Assembly (NCBI GenBank): GCA_030452225.1
Contig: JAKDMP010000001.1
Span: forward strand, 1-54,770
Length of the DNA stretch: 54,770 nucleotides
Direction: 5' to 3'
Origin: Gammaproteobacteria bacterium
GTDB taxonomy: Bacteria > Pseudomonadota > Gammaproteobacteria > JAKDMP01
The first letter of the stretch is position 1, and each line of letters begins with the position of its first letter. Shown piece after piece: positions 7,665 to 18,171 of this stretch. The translations under genes were made by a program, and so were the position numbers. The notes beneath the pieces were generated by a model, which worked only from the letters and a program-made list of their open reading frames with translations, ran no database searches and was not told the origin of the DNA.

Positions 7665-8969
7665 TCAGCCCCGCTCGAACAATGCCAGGGCCTCGACATG
7701 CGCCGTCTGCGGGAACATGTCGGCGGTTCCGGCGCCACGCAAGCGCCACCCCGCTTCGACGAGCGCAGCGGCATCGCGCGCCAGGGTGGCCGGATGGCAG
7801 GAGACGTAGAAAATCCGCGCCGGGGCGAGACGGATCAACAGGGGAAGCAGTTCGCGGGCGCCGCTGCGCGGCGGATCGAGCAACACGGCATCGCAGGGTC
7901 CGGTCTGCCAGTCGGCAGCTTCCCCGGGTTTGCTCAAATCAGCCTGATGATGACGCACATTGGCCATGCCGTTGGCGCGGGCATTGGCGACGGCCCGCCT
8001 CACCAGTTTGGCATTGCCTTCCACCGCGACGACTTCGCGCGCCTTGCGCGCCAGCGCGAGTGAAAAGTTGCCGATGCCGCTGAAAAGCTCCAGCACCCTC
8101 TGCGTGCCATCGAGCCGCATGCGTTCGACGGCGACAGCCACCAGTTGGCGATTCACCGCCGCATTGATTTGCATGAAATCGGTGGGCAGGCAATGCAGGG
8201 TGACATCGAATTCGGGCAAGGCATAGGCCAAGAGGGGCGAACCGTACAAGAGGCGCAGCGAATCGGGTCCGCCCGTTTGCACCCAGACGGCGAAGCCGTG
8301 CCGGCGCCCGAAAGAGATCAGGCGTTCGGCGTCCGTCGACTCCAGCGGCTCGAGTACGCGAAAGACCAGCGCGGCATCGTTGTCGCCGGCGGCGAATTCG
8401 ACCTGAGGTATCGAACGGCGCGCCGTCAGGTCGTCGATCAATGCGGCGAGCTGCGCCGGCAAATCGACGCCGACCGCGACCATCGCCGGACACACGCGCG
8501 CGTCGGTGACGTATCGGCCATTGGTTTCACGAAAGCCCACGAGCAGCCGCCCCTTCTTCTCCACGAAGCGTACTCCGAAGCGGGCGCAACGCCGGTAGCC
8601 GTAGTCCGGGCCCTCGAGCGTCGGCCACCACTCCCCGGGCCGTACGCGGCCGATTCGCTCGAGCGTCTCGGCAAGCTGGCGTTCCTTGGCTTCACGTTGC
8701 GCCTGCGGGGCCATGTGCTGCAGCCTGCAACCGCCGCACACCCCGAAGTGTGGGCACTCGGGGGCCACACGCTCGGGCGCGGGCGTCAGGATTTGCGCCA
8801 GCTCGGCCTCGTCGTAACGCCGATGGCGATAGCGCCGGCCCAGGCTCACGGTCTCGCCCGGCAGCGCACCCGGCACGAACAAGGCCTTTCCCGGACCGCG
8901 GGCAACGCCGCGCCCGTCATGGGTCAGGCCCGTGATGCGCACCCCGCCGCTCGCGGCGTTGGCGTTCAT
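7665..8969 (-). CDS. rlmD: 23S rRNA (uracil1939-C5)-methyltransferase
   Basis: 434 aa. It has a TRAM-like N-terminus, a 4Fe-4S Cys cluster (CPHFGVCGGCRLQH) and a SAM methyltransferase C-terminus (ELFSGIGNFSLALA ... DPPRSGA). Confidence 0.9.
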   Translation of the reverse strand: MNANAASGGVRITGLTHDGRGVARGPGKALFVPGALPGETVSLGRRYRHRRYDEAELAQILTPAPERVAPECPHFGVCGGCRLQHMAPQAQREAKERQLAETLERIGRVRPGEWWPTLEGPDYGYRRCARFGVRFVEKKGRLLVGFRETNGRYVTDARVCPAMVAVGVDLPAQLAALIDDLTARRSIPQVEFAAGDNDAALVFRVLEPLESTDAERLISFGRRHGFAVWVQTGGPDSLRLLYGSPLLAYALPEFDVTLHCLPTDFMQINAAVNRQLVAVAVERMRLDGTQRVLELFSGIGNFSLALARKAREVVAVEGNAKLVRRAVANARANGMANVRHHQADLSKPGEAADWQTGPCDAVLLDPPRSGARELLPLLIRLAPARIFYVSCHPATLARDAAALVEAGWRLRGAGTADMFPQTAHVEALALFERG

Positions 8970-9766
8970 TCGGCCCGCTCCACCGCCTCCAACTTCCAGC
9001 GCTGCGCGAACGCGACCAAATGCGGCCGGGTTTCATCCGCCTCAAGCCGGCTTTTGAGCGCCTGCGTTTGCGCGGCATACTCCGCGTCGGGCAAGCGGCC
9101 GCGCACCTGCTCGAAGCGCAGCCAGACAAGGAACGTGTTCAGGGCATCGGTCTCGCAGTAATTCCGGATCGTCTCGATTTCGCCCGCAAGCCAGGCATCG
9201 GCCACCTTCGAGCCGTGCATGCCGCCCTTGCCGGGAAAGCCGAGCATCATTGCCACCTCGTCGAGCGGCGCCGCGCCGCGCAACTGAAAATGCGAGAGTA
9301 CGTCCATCATGTCGACGTGACGCCAGTGAAAACGATTGGTGTAATTGTTGTAGCGAAAGTCGCGCTGCCTGTCGCCCATCTCCCAATACTGCGAAGCGTT
9401 CACGCCGTGCAGCAGGGCGCGGTAGGAGAGGACCGGCAGATCGAAGCCGCCTCCATTCCAGGACACCAGCGTCGGTTCGTACCGGTCGAGCCCGTCAAAA
9501 AAGCGTTCGATGAGTTCGGCCTCGCTTGAGTCGGCATCGCCCAGAGACCAGACACGTAATTCGTCTCGCGTCTGCAATACGACCGAAACGGCCACGATGC
9601 GGTGCAGGTGCAAGGCGAGGAAATCGCTGCCTGTTTTCTGGCGGCGCAATTGCAGCATGGCGCGAATCACGTCCGCATCGTCGAGCCCGTCCAGATCGTA
9701 CAGTACCTTGCCCGTTTCCACGTCGGGCACGGTTTCTATATCGAAAGCCAGTACGTTCCCTGTCAT
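8966..9766 (-). CDS. Predicted 3'-5' exonuclease related to the PolB exonuclease domain
   Basis: 266 aa. It has the ExoI motif LAFDIETVPD, then ...LVSWNGGGFDLPVL... and ...YCETDALNT.... It overlaps both neighbours as ATGA. Confidence 0.7.
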   Translation of the reverse strand: MTGNVLAFDIETVPDVETGKVLYDLDGLDDADVIRAMLQLRRQKTGSDFLALHLHRIVAVSVVLQTRDELRVWSLGDADSSEAELIERFFDGLDRYEPTLVSWNGGGFDLPVLSYRALLHGVNASQYWEMGDRQRDFRYNNYTNRFHWRHVDMMDVLSHFQLRGAAPLDEVAMMLGFPGKGGMHGSKVADAWLAGEIETIRNYCETDALNTFLVWLRFEQVRGRLPDAEYAAQTQALKSRLEADETRPHLVAFAQRWKLEAVERAE

Positions 9767-10161
9767 CGGTCTCCCCTCACTCCAGCCTTCAGCATGACGC
9801 AGACGGCAAACGCGATGCCGGCATCGTCGGTGAGGCTGATATACGTTTCCCCGCCGCCGCGTTCGGCCACGAAGTCGGCACCTTTTTCGGAAAACTCGAT
9901 CTCCGGCCGGCCCAGCGGATCGGGCACGACGGCGGCATCGTGCAGCGTCATGCGCGGGCAGAATCCGGTGCCCAGCGCCTTGACGGTTGCCTCCTTGGCG
10001 GCGAAATGCATGGCGAGAAAGCGCGCCGGGTCGCGAGCCCTGGCGAAGCGCTCGATTTCACCCGGACAAAGTATACGGTCGCGCGCACGCGTGCCCCACC
10101 GTGCCCACGTCCGCTCCATGCGCTCGAGTTCCACCACGTCGGTGCCGATCCCGTAAATCAT
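9763..10161 (-). CDS. acpS: Holo-[acyl-carrier-protein] synthase
   Basis: The protein begins [15 protein letters not shown] and contains ...[14 protein letters not shown].... ATG 10161 overlaps the pdxJ stop as ATGA. The track ORF begins 15 codons further upstream inside pdxJ. Confidence 0.9.
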   Translation of the reverse strand: MIYGIGTDVVELERMERTWARWGTRARDRILCPGEIERFARARDPARFLAMHFAAKEATVKALGTGFCPRMTLHDAAVVPDPLGRPEIEFSEKGADFVAERGGGETYISLTDDAGIAFAVCVMLKAGVRGDR

Positions 10162-10874
10162 CGCAGCAGGGTCTTCATCTCGGACACGGCGGATCGCAGG
10201 CCGCAAAACAAGGCTCGCGCGACGATGGAATGACCGATATTGAGTTCTCGCAAACCGGGCAGGTCGAGCAATTCAATCACGTTGTCGTAGCGCAGGCCAT
10301 GGCCTGCATTGACCACAAGCCCGGCCTGGCCGGCCTGCTCAGCCGCGTTCTGCAATCGCTCCAACTCCGCTTGTTCGTCTTCCTTCGTGGCGGCATTGGC
10401 ATAAGCACCGGTATGCAGTTCGATCGCAGGCGCCCCGACCTTGGCCGCAGCCGCGATCTGCACCGGGTCGGGATCAATGAACAGGGATACCCTCACCCCG
10501 GCCTTGGCCAGCTGCACCACCGCTTCACGGTAGCGTCCCGGATCGGCCGCCACGTCCAGCCCGCCTTCGGTGGTCAGTTCCTCACGGCGCTCGGGTACCA
10601 GGCAGGCATCCTGCGGCGCGATGTCGGCGGCAATGGCCAACATCTCGTCGGTGACCGCGAGTTCCAGGTTGAGCTTGGTGGCAATCACCCGGTGCAGGCG
10701 GCGCACATCTTCTTCGCGGATATGGCGCCGGTCTTCGCGCAAGTGAACGGTGATGCCGTCGGCGCCGCCCTGCTCCGCTTCCAGCGCGGCGGCGACCGGA
10801 TCGGGATAACGCGTACCGCGCGCCTGGCGCAAGGTCGCGACGTGATCCACATTGACGCCCAGCTTGATCGACAT
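10158..10874 (-). CDS. pdxJ: Pyridoxine 5'-phosphate synthase
   Basis: 238 aa. The sequence reads [26 protein letters not shown]... then [13 protein letters not shown]. Confidence 0.92.
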   Translation of the reverse strand: MSIKLGVNVDHVATLRQARGTRYPDPVAAALEAEQGGADGITVHLREDRRHIREEDVRRLHRVIATKLNLELAVTDEMLAIAADIAPQDACLVPERREELTTEGGLDVAADPGRYREAVVQLAKAGVRVSLFIDPDPVQIAAAAKVGAPAIELHTGAYANAATKEDEQAELERLQNAAEQAGQAGLVVNAGHGLRYDNVIELLDLPGLRELNIGHSIVARALFCGLRSAVSEMKTLLR

Positions 10875-10923
10875 CCCGGATTCCCCGTTCAGGCTTCGTT
10901 CCCACCACAGGAGCCTATTGTAA

Positions 10924-10943
10924 GGAATCGGCAGCCCGATTCC
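10924..10943. other. Perfect hairpin GGAATCGG-CAGC-CCGATTCC in the recO-pdxJ spacer
   Basis: 8-bp stem with a 4-nt loop. It sits in the only sizeable gap (94 nt) in the era-to-hpt gene string and could be an attenuator, a processing site or a REP. Confidence 0.4.
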
Positions 10944-10968
10944 GGCGCGGCGCCGTTTTCTGCGGGCT

Positions 10969-11673
10969 TCAGTCGGTGCGCTGGAAGTACGACCGGGCCA
11001 CGTCGAGTGTTTTGAGCCGGCGCCCGCCCAGGTGCCAGCTTATGACCTCGCGGAAAATTTGCCCTGCCGCGGCCAGCACCGCCGGATCCTCGAAGCGCTC
11101 CGCCGCAATCGCGGCGAGCATCGAACCCTGATAACCCTGCTTGTCGAAGGCCGGCATCGGGCCGTGATCCGGATCGTAGCGGTAGCACCGATCGCTTTCC
11201 AGGGGAGTTCCACCCAGGTCATGCGTCAGAGGCAACGCGAACCCCAGCGCGCCGATCAATCGGCCCTCGAAACGCCGCACGACCGTGGCAGGCTCATCGC
11301 CCAGGGCCGCGAGTGCCTCCCCATACAGCCGGTACACCGCCGGGGAGGGATCCTCGCGGGCCAACAACCGCAAGATCAACTCATTGAGATAGGTGGCGGC
11401 AAGGAATGTCTTGCCGGTAAAGCGCCTGCCGGGGCCCGATGCTTCCGCCGCCGCGAGCGTCGCCAGTTCTCCGCGCTGGCGGAACGAAACACGCAGGGGC
11501 GTGAACGGTTGCAGCGGATCGCCCCGCCGACGGCGAGCGCGCGCACCGCGGGCCACCATGCCGACGCGACCGTAATCGCGTGTCAGCATTTCGACGATCA
11601 AGCTGGTTTCCCGATAGGGGTAGCTATGCAGCAGCCAGGCCGGCGCCAACTCGACGCGGCGCAGCTGCGTCAT
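10969..11673 (-). CDS. recO: DNA repair protein RecO
   Basis: 234 aa. ...[34 protein letters not shown]... is a typical RecO N-terminus. The start overlaps the era stop as ATGA. Confidence 0.9.
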   Translation of the reverse strand: MTQLRRVELAPAWLLHSYPYRETSLIVEMLTRDYGRVGMVARGARARRRRGDPLQPFTPLRVSFRQRGELATLAAAEASGPGRRFTGKTFLAATYLNELILRLLAREDPSPAVYRLYGEALAALGDEPATVVRRFEGRLIGALGFALPLTHDLGGTPLESDRCYRYDPDHGPMPAFDKQGYQGSMLAAIAAERFEDPAVLAAAGQIFREVISWHLGGRRLKTLDVARSYFQRTD

Positions 11674-12563
11674 CCCAACCCCAACATGGACAGCAGCCGC
11701 GGATCGTCGTTCCAGCCGGTGCGCTCGCGCACCTGCAGGGCCAGCATCACCGGGCGCTCGTGTTCCGCCTCCAGCGCCTTGCGGGCCGCGCTGCCGATCG
11801 CCTTGACCATCCGCCCGCCGGCGCCGACCACGATTCCCTTCTGGCTTGTCCGCGCCACCCAGATCACGGCATCGAGATGCAACCGTTCCCCCTTCTCCTC
11901 GACCCGCTCGACGGTTACATAGGCGGCGTAGGGCAGCTCCTGGCCGAGCCGTTCCATGAGCGCCTCGCGCACAATTTCCGCGGCGCGTTCCGCCATCCTC
12001 TGGTCGGTAACCTGGTCGGCCGGGAATAGCCGGGGAGACTCGGGCAACAACGGTGCCAGCGCGGCAGCGAACTTCTCTGCATTGTCTCCACGAAGCGCCG
12101 AAACCGGGATAATGGCGGAAAAATCATGGCGCTCCTGCGCCTCGGCGATCATCGGCAGCAAAGCCTCGCGCGGGTGAACGCGATCGATCTTGTTGAGCGC
12201 CAGCACGGCCGGTCTGCCCGTTTCCCGGATGAGCGCCAGGGCGCGTTCATCATCCTCCTGCCAGCGGCCCGCCTCGATCACGAACAGGATCGCATCGGCC
12301 TCGACGGCCGCCTGCTTCGCGCCGCTGTTGAGCGCACGGTTGAGCGCCCGCGTGTTCCTGCCGTGCAGCCCGGGGCTGTCCACCAGGACAATCTGGAAGT
12401 CGGCGCCGTTGACAATGCCGCGAAGCGCGCGCCGTGTCGCCTGGGGACGGCGCGAAACGATGGCGATCCGCTGCCCAACCATCGCATTGACGAGTGTCGA
12501 CTTGCCCGCATTGGGACGCCCGCTCACCGCCACGAAACCGGCCCGAAAAGCCACCGTGCTCAA
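11670..12563 (-). CDS. era: GTPase Era
   Basis: The G1 motif is GRPNAGKST, followed by ...LVDSPGLH... and ...LNKID..., with a KH domain at the C-terminus. I place the start at TTG 12563, which overlaps the rnc stop (GTG 12554 is an alternative). The track ORF extends about 100 nt into rnc. Confidence 0.88.
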   Translation of the reverse strand: MSTVAFRAGFVAVSGRPNAGKSTLVNAMVGQRIAIVSRRPQATRRALRGIVNGADFQIVLVDSPGLHGRNTRALNRALNSGAKQAAVEADAILFVIEAGRWQEDDERALALIRETGRPAVLALNKIDRVHPREALLPMIAEAQERHDFSAIIPVSALRGDNAEKFAAALAPLLPESPRLFPADQVTDQRMAERAAEIVREALMERLGQELPYAAYVTVERVEEKGERLHLDAVIWVARTSQKGIVVGAGGRMVKAIGSAARKALEAEHERPVMLALQVRERTGWNDDPRLLSMLGLG

Positions 12564-13237
12564 CGCCCGAGACGGGCCAGGATGGCCGCGGCGGCACGCT
12601 GTTCGGATGCGCGTTTGCTCGAACCGCGCCCCTTGCAGGACAGATCGAGCCTGGCCACACGGCACTCGGTTTCGAATTGCCGTTCATGATGCGGGCCCAG
12701 TGCGCCGATCAGCCGGTAGTCCGGCAGCGCATGGCCCCGCGACTGCAACCACTCCTGGAGCCGCGTTTTGGGATCCTTGAGCGACTCGGCATCCGGCATT
12801 GCTTTGAAACGGGAGGCGAACAAACCCTGCACCACCTCGCAAGCACGGCCATACCCTCCATCGAGAAACACCGCGCCGATCACCGCCTCGAACGTGTCCT
12901 CGAGCATGGCGCGGCTGACGCTGCCAGCCCGGCGCCGCTCGCCCTTGCCGGTTTTGAGCAGGTCGCCCAGGTCGAGTTCCACCGCCATCGCGGCAAGCGA
13001 GTCCTGATTGACCAGGCTCGCCCGCATGCGCGTCAACTCACCCTCCTCCAGTTCGGGCTTGTGCTCAAAAAGCCATTCCGCCACGGCCAGCGCAATGACC
13101 GAATCGCCCAGAAACTCCATCCGCTCGTTGCTGGCACCCCCCAAGCTGCGGTGCATCAAGGCCGTTTCGACCAGTTCGGGATTGGAGAAGCGGTAGCCCA
13201 GTCGTTTACAGAGTTGCAGTACCGGATCAGTAGGCAC
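12560..13237 (-). CDS. rnc: Ribonuclease III
   Basis: 225 aa with a GTG start. The signature ...ALMHRS...NERMEFLGDSV... is followed by a dsRBD C-terminus. Confidence 0.92.
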   Translation of the reverse strand: MPTDPVLQLCKRLGYRFSNPELVETALMHRSLGGASNERMEFLGDSVIALAVAEWLFEHKPELEEGELTRMRASLVNQDSLAAMAVELDLGDLLKTGKGERRRAGSVSRAMLEDTFEAVIGAVFLDGGYGRACEVVQGLFASRFKAMPDAESLKDPKTRLQEWLQSRGHALPDYRLIGALGPHHERQFETECRVARLDLSCKGRGSSKRASEQRAAAAILARLGR

Positions 13238-13637
13238 GATCCCGCGGCACCGTAATGGAGTGTTTGCACTGAATCACGAAACCAAGGCTGCCGATGAAAG
13301 GGGTACGGATCGCCTTGTCTATGGAAATGGTCAGCTTGCCATCCTTCATTTCGAACTTGAATTCCTTCAATTCCACTCCGCGCAGGCTGTTGATGGTGAG
13401 TTGTCCGGACAATTTTGTACGCAATGAATTGATGGATTCCGTTTTCGCCGGTTCCTTGAGACTTTCGAGCGCGGAGCCGATGCGCGCGCATTCTATGTAT
13501 GCGGGCACAATCCGGAAAGCGGCCAACGCAAGGATACCCGCCAGGATGATGACCAGCAACCAGCTGATCAGGGTAAGCCCGGACTGTTTGCTTACGGGCC
13601 GCGCAGGTTTTGCAGCGATGCCATTGTTTCGATTCAT
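13227..13637 (-). CDS. Small membrane-anchored protein in the lepB-rnc position (DUF4845-like)
   Basis: 136 aa with one N-terminal TM helix (LTLISWLLVIILAGILALAAF), a GGAGAG SD and visibly lower GC. The position between lepB and rnc matches the DUF4845 family as I remember it. Confidence 0.6.
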   Translation of the reverse strand: MNRNNGIAAKPARPVSKQSGLTLISWLLVIILAGILALAAFRIVPAYIECARIGSALESLKEPAKTESINSLRTKLSGQLTINSLRGVELKEFKFEMKDGKLTISIDKAIRTPFIGSLGFVIQCKHSITVPRDRAY

Positions 13638-13653
13638 GATGAACTCTCCAACC

Positions 13654-14532
13654 CTAATTCATAATCGTGCCGATACGTCCCCACAAAGGCCATTCGTCCC
13701 AGCCCTGGAAGTTGAATAATACAAGATTGGCACGCCCCACGAGATGATCCCTGGGCACGCTGCCCCAGTAGCGGCTATCCTCCGAATTGTCGCGATTGTC
13801 TCCCATGGCGAAATATTCGCCCTGCGGCACCACCCAGGTGCCGCACTTGGTGGGACGCTGCGGATGCAGAAGAATCTTGTGCTGGACGATCGTGCCGTCT
13901 TCCTGCGGCAAATATTCGCGCCACACCTCGGCACCGTTGAACTTCGACTCGCGTCCCGTGCCGTGGAAAATCCCCAGGTATTCGCGCCGTACCTTCCGGC
14001 CGTTTATGAACAATTGGTTATCGCAGGTATATTTTATCCGGTCGCCGGGCAAGCCAATCACACGCTTGATGAAATGCGTGCCTGCGAAGGCCCGCAACCG
14101 TTCCTCGCCCCCCCTGCGCAGACATGCCGGGTGTGCGCGGCAGAACTTCTGTGCCGACTTCTCGGGGAAACGAAACACGAAAATATCGCCGCGTTCCGGT
14201 GTACCGGTCGGAATGATTTGCGTATTGGTGACGGGGAGCCGCAAGCCATAGGCAAACTTTTCGGCGATAACGAAATCACCCACGTACACGGTGGGCATCA
14301 GCGAGCCGGAGGGAACATGGAAGGGCTCGGCAACGAAACTGCGAATCAGGAGTACCGCCAGGATCAACGGGAAGAATCCGCGGCAGGTATCCGCGAACCA
14401 TCGCCAGCCGCCGCGCCGGTCGGGATCGGGCTTGCCTCGGCCGTGGAAGCGCCGCCACAACACATCGGCCAACCACACCAGCCCGGTCAGGGCGGTCAGA
14501 CAGACGATGATGACCGCAAATCTGTCAGCCAT
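13654..14532 (-). CDS. lepB: Signal peptidase I
   Basis: 292 aa. ...SGSLMPT... carries the catalytic Ser, followed by ...KRVIGLPGD... and ...GDNRDNSEDSRYWG.... Confidence 0.92.
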   Translation of the reverse strand: MADRFAVIIVCLTALTGLVWLADVLWRRFHGRGKPDPDRRGGWRWFADTCRGFFPLILAVLLIRSFVAEPFHVPSGSLMPTVYVGDFVIAEKFAYGLRLPVTNTQIIPTGTPERGDIFVFRFPEKSAQKFCRAHPACLRRGGEERLRAFAGTHFIKRVIGLPGDRIKYTCDNQLFINGRKVRREYLGIFHGTGRESKFNGAEVWREYLPQEDGTIVQHKILLHPQRPTKCGTWVVPQGEYFAMGDNRDNSEDSRYWGSVPRDHLVGRANLVLFNFQGWDEWPLWGRIGTIMN

Positions 14533-14684
14533 ACGAAGCCCCTCGATCCCACGATTCTTGTTTCAGCATGCAGGCCCTGTCCCCGCGGTTGGGGCGCAAA
14601 GGGGTGCAGTGTACACGCAAAACGGCGGCGAATTCGACTTGTACGGTATCAACCAGCACGGTATTACCTCCGTCGCCGGCCGCC

Positions 14685-16481
14685 TCAGGGATCACGGCGG
14701 CTCTGCAGCACGGCCAGGAACGCCGACTGCGGGAGCTCCACCTTGCCCAGGCGTTTCATGCGCTTCTTGCCCTCTTTCTGCTTTTCCAGGAGCTTGCGCT
14801 TGCGGGTGATATCGCCGCCGTAGCACTTGGCTGTGACATTCTTGCGCAAGGCCTTGACGCTGGCGCGCGCGATGATTTGCCCCCCCAGCGCAGCCTGGAT
14901 GGCCACTTCGAACATCTGGCGCGGAATGAGTTCGCGCAGCCTGTCCACCAACTCGCGTCCGCGCGCAAAGGCGTCGTCCTTGTGCACGATCAGCGACAGC
15001 GCATCGACGCGTTCATGATTGATGAGTACATCCAGGCGTACCAGCGGCGCTTCCTCGAAGCGCGCCGGCCCGTAATCGAAGGACGCGAACCCGCGGCTTA
15101 CGGACTTCAGTTGATCGAAGAAGTCCAGCACCACTTCGGCAAGCGGCAGATCGTAGGCAAGGCTGACCTGGCCGGTGTGATACAGAAGCGATTGCTGCCG
15201 CCCGCGCTTGGCCTCGCACAAACCGATTACCGGCCCCACGAATTCATGCGGTGTCAATATACTGGCACGGATTACCGGCTCTTCGACCTTTGCAATCTCA
15301 CTGCGTGCGGGGAGATCCGCCGGGTTTTCGAATTCTCTCGCTTCGCCCGATTCGGTGGTGACGCGATAGACCACCGACGGCGCGGTGGAGATGAGATCCA
15401 GGCCGTATTCGCCTTCCAGACGCTCCTGCACGATTTCCATGTGCAGTCGGCCGAGAAAGCCGCAGCGAAATCCGAAACCGAGCGCGCCCGAAGTCTCGGG
15501 CTCGTACGCCAACGCGGCATCGTTGAGACGGAGTTTTGCGAGGGCCTCGCGAAGATTCTCGAAGGCGGATGCGTCCGCGGGGAACAGCCCCGAAAACACG
15601 CGCGGCTTGAGCGCCTCGAATCCCGGCAAGGGCTTGCCGGCCGGACGCTCCGCATGGGTGATGGTGTCGCCGACCGGTGCACCGTCGATGTCCTTGATCC
15701 CGGCGATGACAAATCCCACCTCCCCGCATTCGAGCCGCTCGGTGTCGGTACGCCGGGGGGTAAAGCAGCCGATGCGAGTCGCCTGCCATGCTCCGCCGGT
15801 CGACATGACGCGGATGCGCTCGCCCTTCGCCAGCGTTCCCGACTTGATGCGCACCAAGGAGACGACTCCCACGTAGGAATCAAACCAGGAGTCGATAATC
15901 AATGCCTGCAGCGGCGCATCCGAATCGCCGCCGGGCGGCGGCACACGGCTTACCAGGGCTTCGAGTACCGCCTCGACGCCTTCTCCCGTTTTGGCGCTGA
16001 CGTGCAATGCCTCGTGCGCATCGATCCCGATCAGATCCTCGATTTCCGCGGCAACCCTCCCGGGTTCCGCGGCGGGCAGGTCGATCTTGTTCAGTACCGG
16101 TATGATTTCCAGCCCCTGGGCGGCCGCGCTGTAGCAATTGGCAACTCTTTGCGCTTCCACGCCCTGGGAGGCATCGACGATCAGCAAGGCGCCTTCACAG
16201 GCAGCCAGCGAGCGCGATACTTCATAGGCAAAATCGACATGCCCGGGCGTATCGATGAGATTGAGTTGGTAGCGGCTGCCATCGCCGGCCCCATAGACCA
16301 GGCGCACGCTCTGGGCCTTGATCGTAATGCCGCGCTCGCGCTCGATGGCCAATGAATCCAGCACCTGGGAAGCCATCTCGCGGGCCGCAAGACCGCCGCA
16401 ACGTTCGATCAGGCGATCGGCCAGCGTGGATTTACCGTGATCGATGTGCGCAATGATGGCGAAGTTGCGGATGGCCCGCAT
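14685..16481 (-). CDS. lepA: Elongation factor 4
   Basis: 598 aa, starting [26 protein letters not shown]..., with full-length LepA architecture. Confidence 0.95.
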   Translation of the reverse strand: MRAIRNFAIIAHIDHGKSTLADRLIERCGGLAAREMASQVLDSLAIERERGITIKAQSVRLVYGAGDGSRYQLNLIDTPGHVDFAYEVSRSLAACEGALLIVDASQGVEAQRVANCYSAAAQGLEIIPVLNKIDLPAAEPGRVAAEIEDLIGIDAHEALHVSAKTGEGVEAVLEALVSRVPPPGGDSDAPLQALIIDSWFDSYVGVVSLVRIKSGTLAKGERIRVMSTGGAWQATRIGCFTPRRTDTERLECGEVGFVIAGIKDIDGAPVGDTITHAERPAGKPLPGFEALKPRVFSGLFPADASAFENLREALAKLRLNDAALAYEPETSGALGFGFRCGFLGRLHMEIVQERLEGEYGLDLISTAPSVVYRVTTESGEAREFENPADLPARSEIAKVEEPVIRASILTPHEFVGPVIGLCEAKRGRQQSLLYHTGQVSLAYDLPLAEVVLDFFDQLKSVSRGFASFDYGPARFEEAPLVRLDVLINHERVDALSLIVHKDDAFARGRELVDRLRELIPRQMFEVAIQAALGGQIIARASVKALRKNVTAKCYGGDITRKRKLLEKQKEGKKRMKRLGKVELPQSAFLAVLQSRRDP

Positions 16482-16536
16482 CAGTCATGCCGTGCCGTAC
16501 AAAACACGAATTATACCGGCCGGGCCGTCACGGCGA

Positions 16537-17532
16537 TTACTGGCGGGTTACTACAAGACTGCGGGCGATCCGCGTAACGGTACTGATGGGTGCATCGCCC
16601 ATGGCGGTCAGGGCGAAACTGCCCTCGATCCTGCCGACCGCATGAACCGCTCCGATCGTTGTCGTGCCAATCAGCACGGGCCCGCCTTTTCGATGCAAGG
16701 TCACAAACAGGGATACGGTCGCCAACCCGTCGCCGATCAGCATGTGGGTAACGGGAACGCCGCTGTACGGGGCCAATTCACAAACGGTTTTGAGCAGCTC
16801 GAATCCCGGCGGAAGATTTTTGAAGGAAAACCTGTCCTGTCCATGTCTGCAGGCGCCGGCACGGGCATCTCCGCGGCGCGTAACCTTGTTGAGCATCGCA
16901 ATTTCCTGTGCGCCTATGGCACTCATCGCGGCCGGAGCTTCGATCAGGTTCAGGTGGGTAAAAAAGGCCTGCTGCAAGGTATGACCTTCGGCGGTGACCA
17001 GTTCCGAGCGCAACGGCAAGCCGGACTTCGTGCTGATCCACACCCGGTACCCGTAGCGCCAATGGTCGCGTGGCACGATGCGCATGATTTGGGCCTTCTC
17101 CCCGGCCACGCGTCCGACACCGCCCAGTTTGAGCCGGTAACTCTGCTTGAGCACCGAGCCGGCGACGCGAGTGGCCGGCGGGAACGGCAACGGCGAGGCG
17201 CCTCCGCCCATGCCGCGTATCACCATTACGCGCCCGTTCGGGCGCAGGCGTATGACCACTTCCGGGCCACGGATGATCTCCCGGCTGGGGCCGGTCAAGG
17301 CACTCATGCGCGCGTACGTTCCGTCGCTGACCACGAGCTGGTACGTCAAGGGGCCGCCCTGGCCCATGAAAACCAGTACACCACGGTAACTTCGATGTGC
17401 CAGCGCATTTTGCATGCGCGCCAACCAGGCCGACGCGTCCATCGGTGCCGACCACGCGGGAAGGGAAGAAAGCGCCAGCACGCAGGCTGCCAGCAAACCG
17501 GTACATCGGATGCCCTGATTGCGTCTTGTCAT
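16537..17532 (-). CDS. rseB: Sigma-E regulatory protein RseB/MucB
   Basis: 331 aa with a signal peptide (...LSSLPAWSA). ...AWLARMQNALAHRSYRGVLVF... resembles the MucB/RseB N-terminus. It lies directly downstream of rseA. Confidence 0.85.
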   Translation of the reverse strand: MTRRNQGIRCTGLLAACVLALSSLPAWSAPMDASAWLARMQNALAHRSYRGVLVFMGQGGPLTYQLVVSDGTYARMSALTGPSREIIRGPEVVIRLRPNGRVMVIRGMGGGASPLPFPPATRVAGSVLKQSYRLKLGGVGRVAGEKAQIMRIVPRDHWRYGYRVWISTKSGLPLRSELVTAEGHTLQQAFFTHLNLIEAPAAMSAIGAQEIAMLNKVTRRGDARAGACRHGQDRFSFKNLPPGFELLKTVCELAPYSGVPVTHMLIGDGLATVSLFVTLHRKGGPVLIGTTTIGAVHAVGRIEGSFALTAMGDAPISTVTRIARSLVVTRQ

Positions 17533-17592
17533 TTGCAGATCCCCAGCCTGCCGAAACGAGGGCCCATCGCGTGGACCGGACGGAAAAACGAC

Positions 17593-18171
17593 TCAGGAGC
17601 CGCCGGCACCAGCAGACAGTCGCGAGCCCGCCGCAGCGCTGCGAACGCCCGGCTGCGCAAGCACCATCGACCCGGCACCGTATGGCTCGTGCATGAGCAG
17701 GTAGCTGCTCAACTCCACCCGTACCGGTTGCGGGGCATTGCGCCAATCCACCTGTTGCGTCGGGGCGCTCACCGCGGAACCGCCCGAGGCGCCCGGAACC
17801 AGCACCGGGCCACCGCCCACCTGGCGGGATACCAGCGCCCCGACCAAGCCGGCCACGCCAATGACCGCCACGCCGGCCGCAACCGCGGCGCTGCGGCGCA
17901 TGAGCCGGTGCTCCCGCGGCGGGCGCAGGGGCGCAGGTTGCGCCGTCACTGCGTCCAGCTCCCGCTCGACTCTTTGCGCCAGATTCTGGATCTGATCGTC
18001 CGTCATTTCACCGTGCAAGGTGTCGCCGATCAGGTGCCATTTGTTCCAGCACTCGCGCAGTTCCGCATTCGTCGATACACGCTTGAGAAGCAATTTGCAT
18101 TCCTCGCGCGGCAACTCGCCGTCCATGAATGCAGAAAGCTGTTCACGTAACATGTCACTCATCTGATTCAC
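17593..18171 (-). CDS. rseA: Anti-sigma-E factor RseA/MucA
   Basis: 192 aa with a GTG start. ...REQLSAFMDGEL... and ...W..WHLIGDTLHG... are the RseA N-terminal signature, followed by a central TM segment. Confidence 0.85.
   Translation of the reverse strand: MNQMSDMLREQLSAFMDGELPREECKLLLKRVSTNAELRECWNKWHLIGDTLHGEMTDDQIQNLAQRVERELDAVTAQPAPLRPPREHRLMRRSAAVAAGVAVIGVAGLVGALVSRQVGGGPVLVPGASGGSAVSAPTQQVDWRNAPQPVRVELSSYLLMHEPYGAGSMVLAQPGVRSAAAGSRLSAGAGGS

Noticed and set aside
14568-18150. 595-aa (14568..16355) and 568-aa (16444..18150) plus-strand ORFs
   Set aside because: They are antisense to lepA and to rseB/rseA respectively. They have shadow composition and no motifs.
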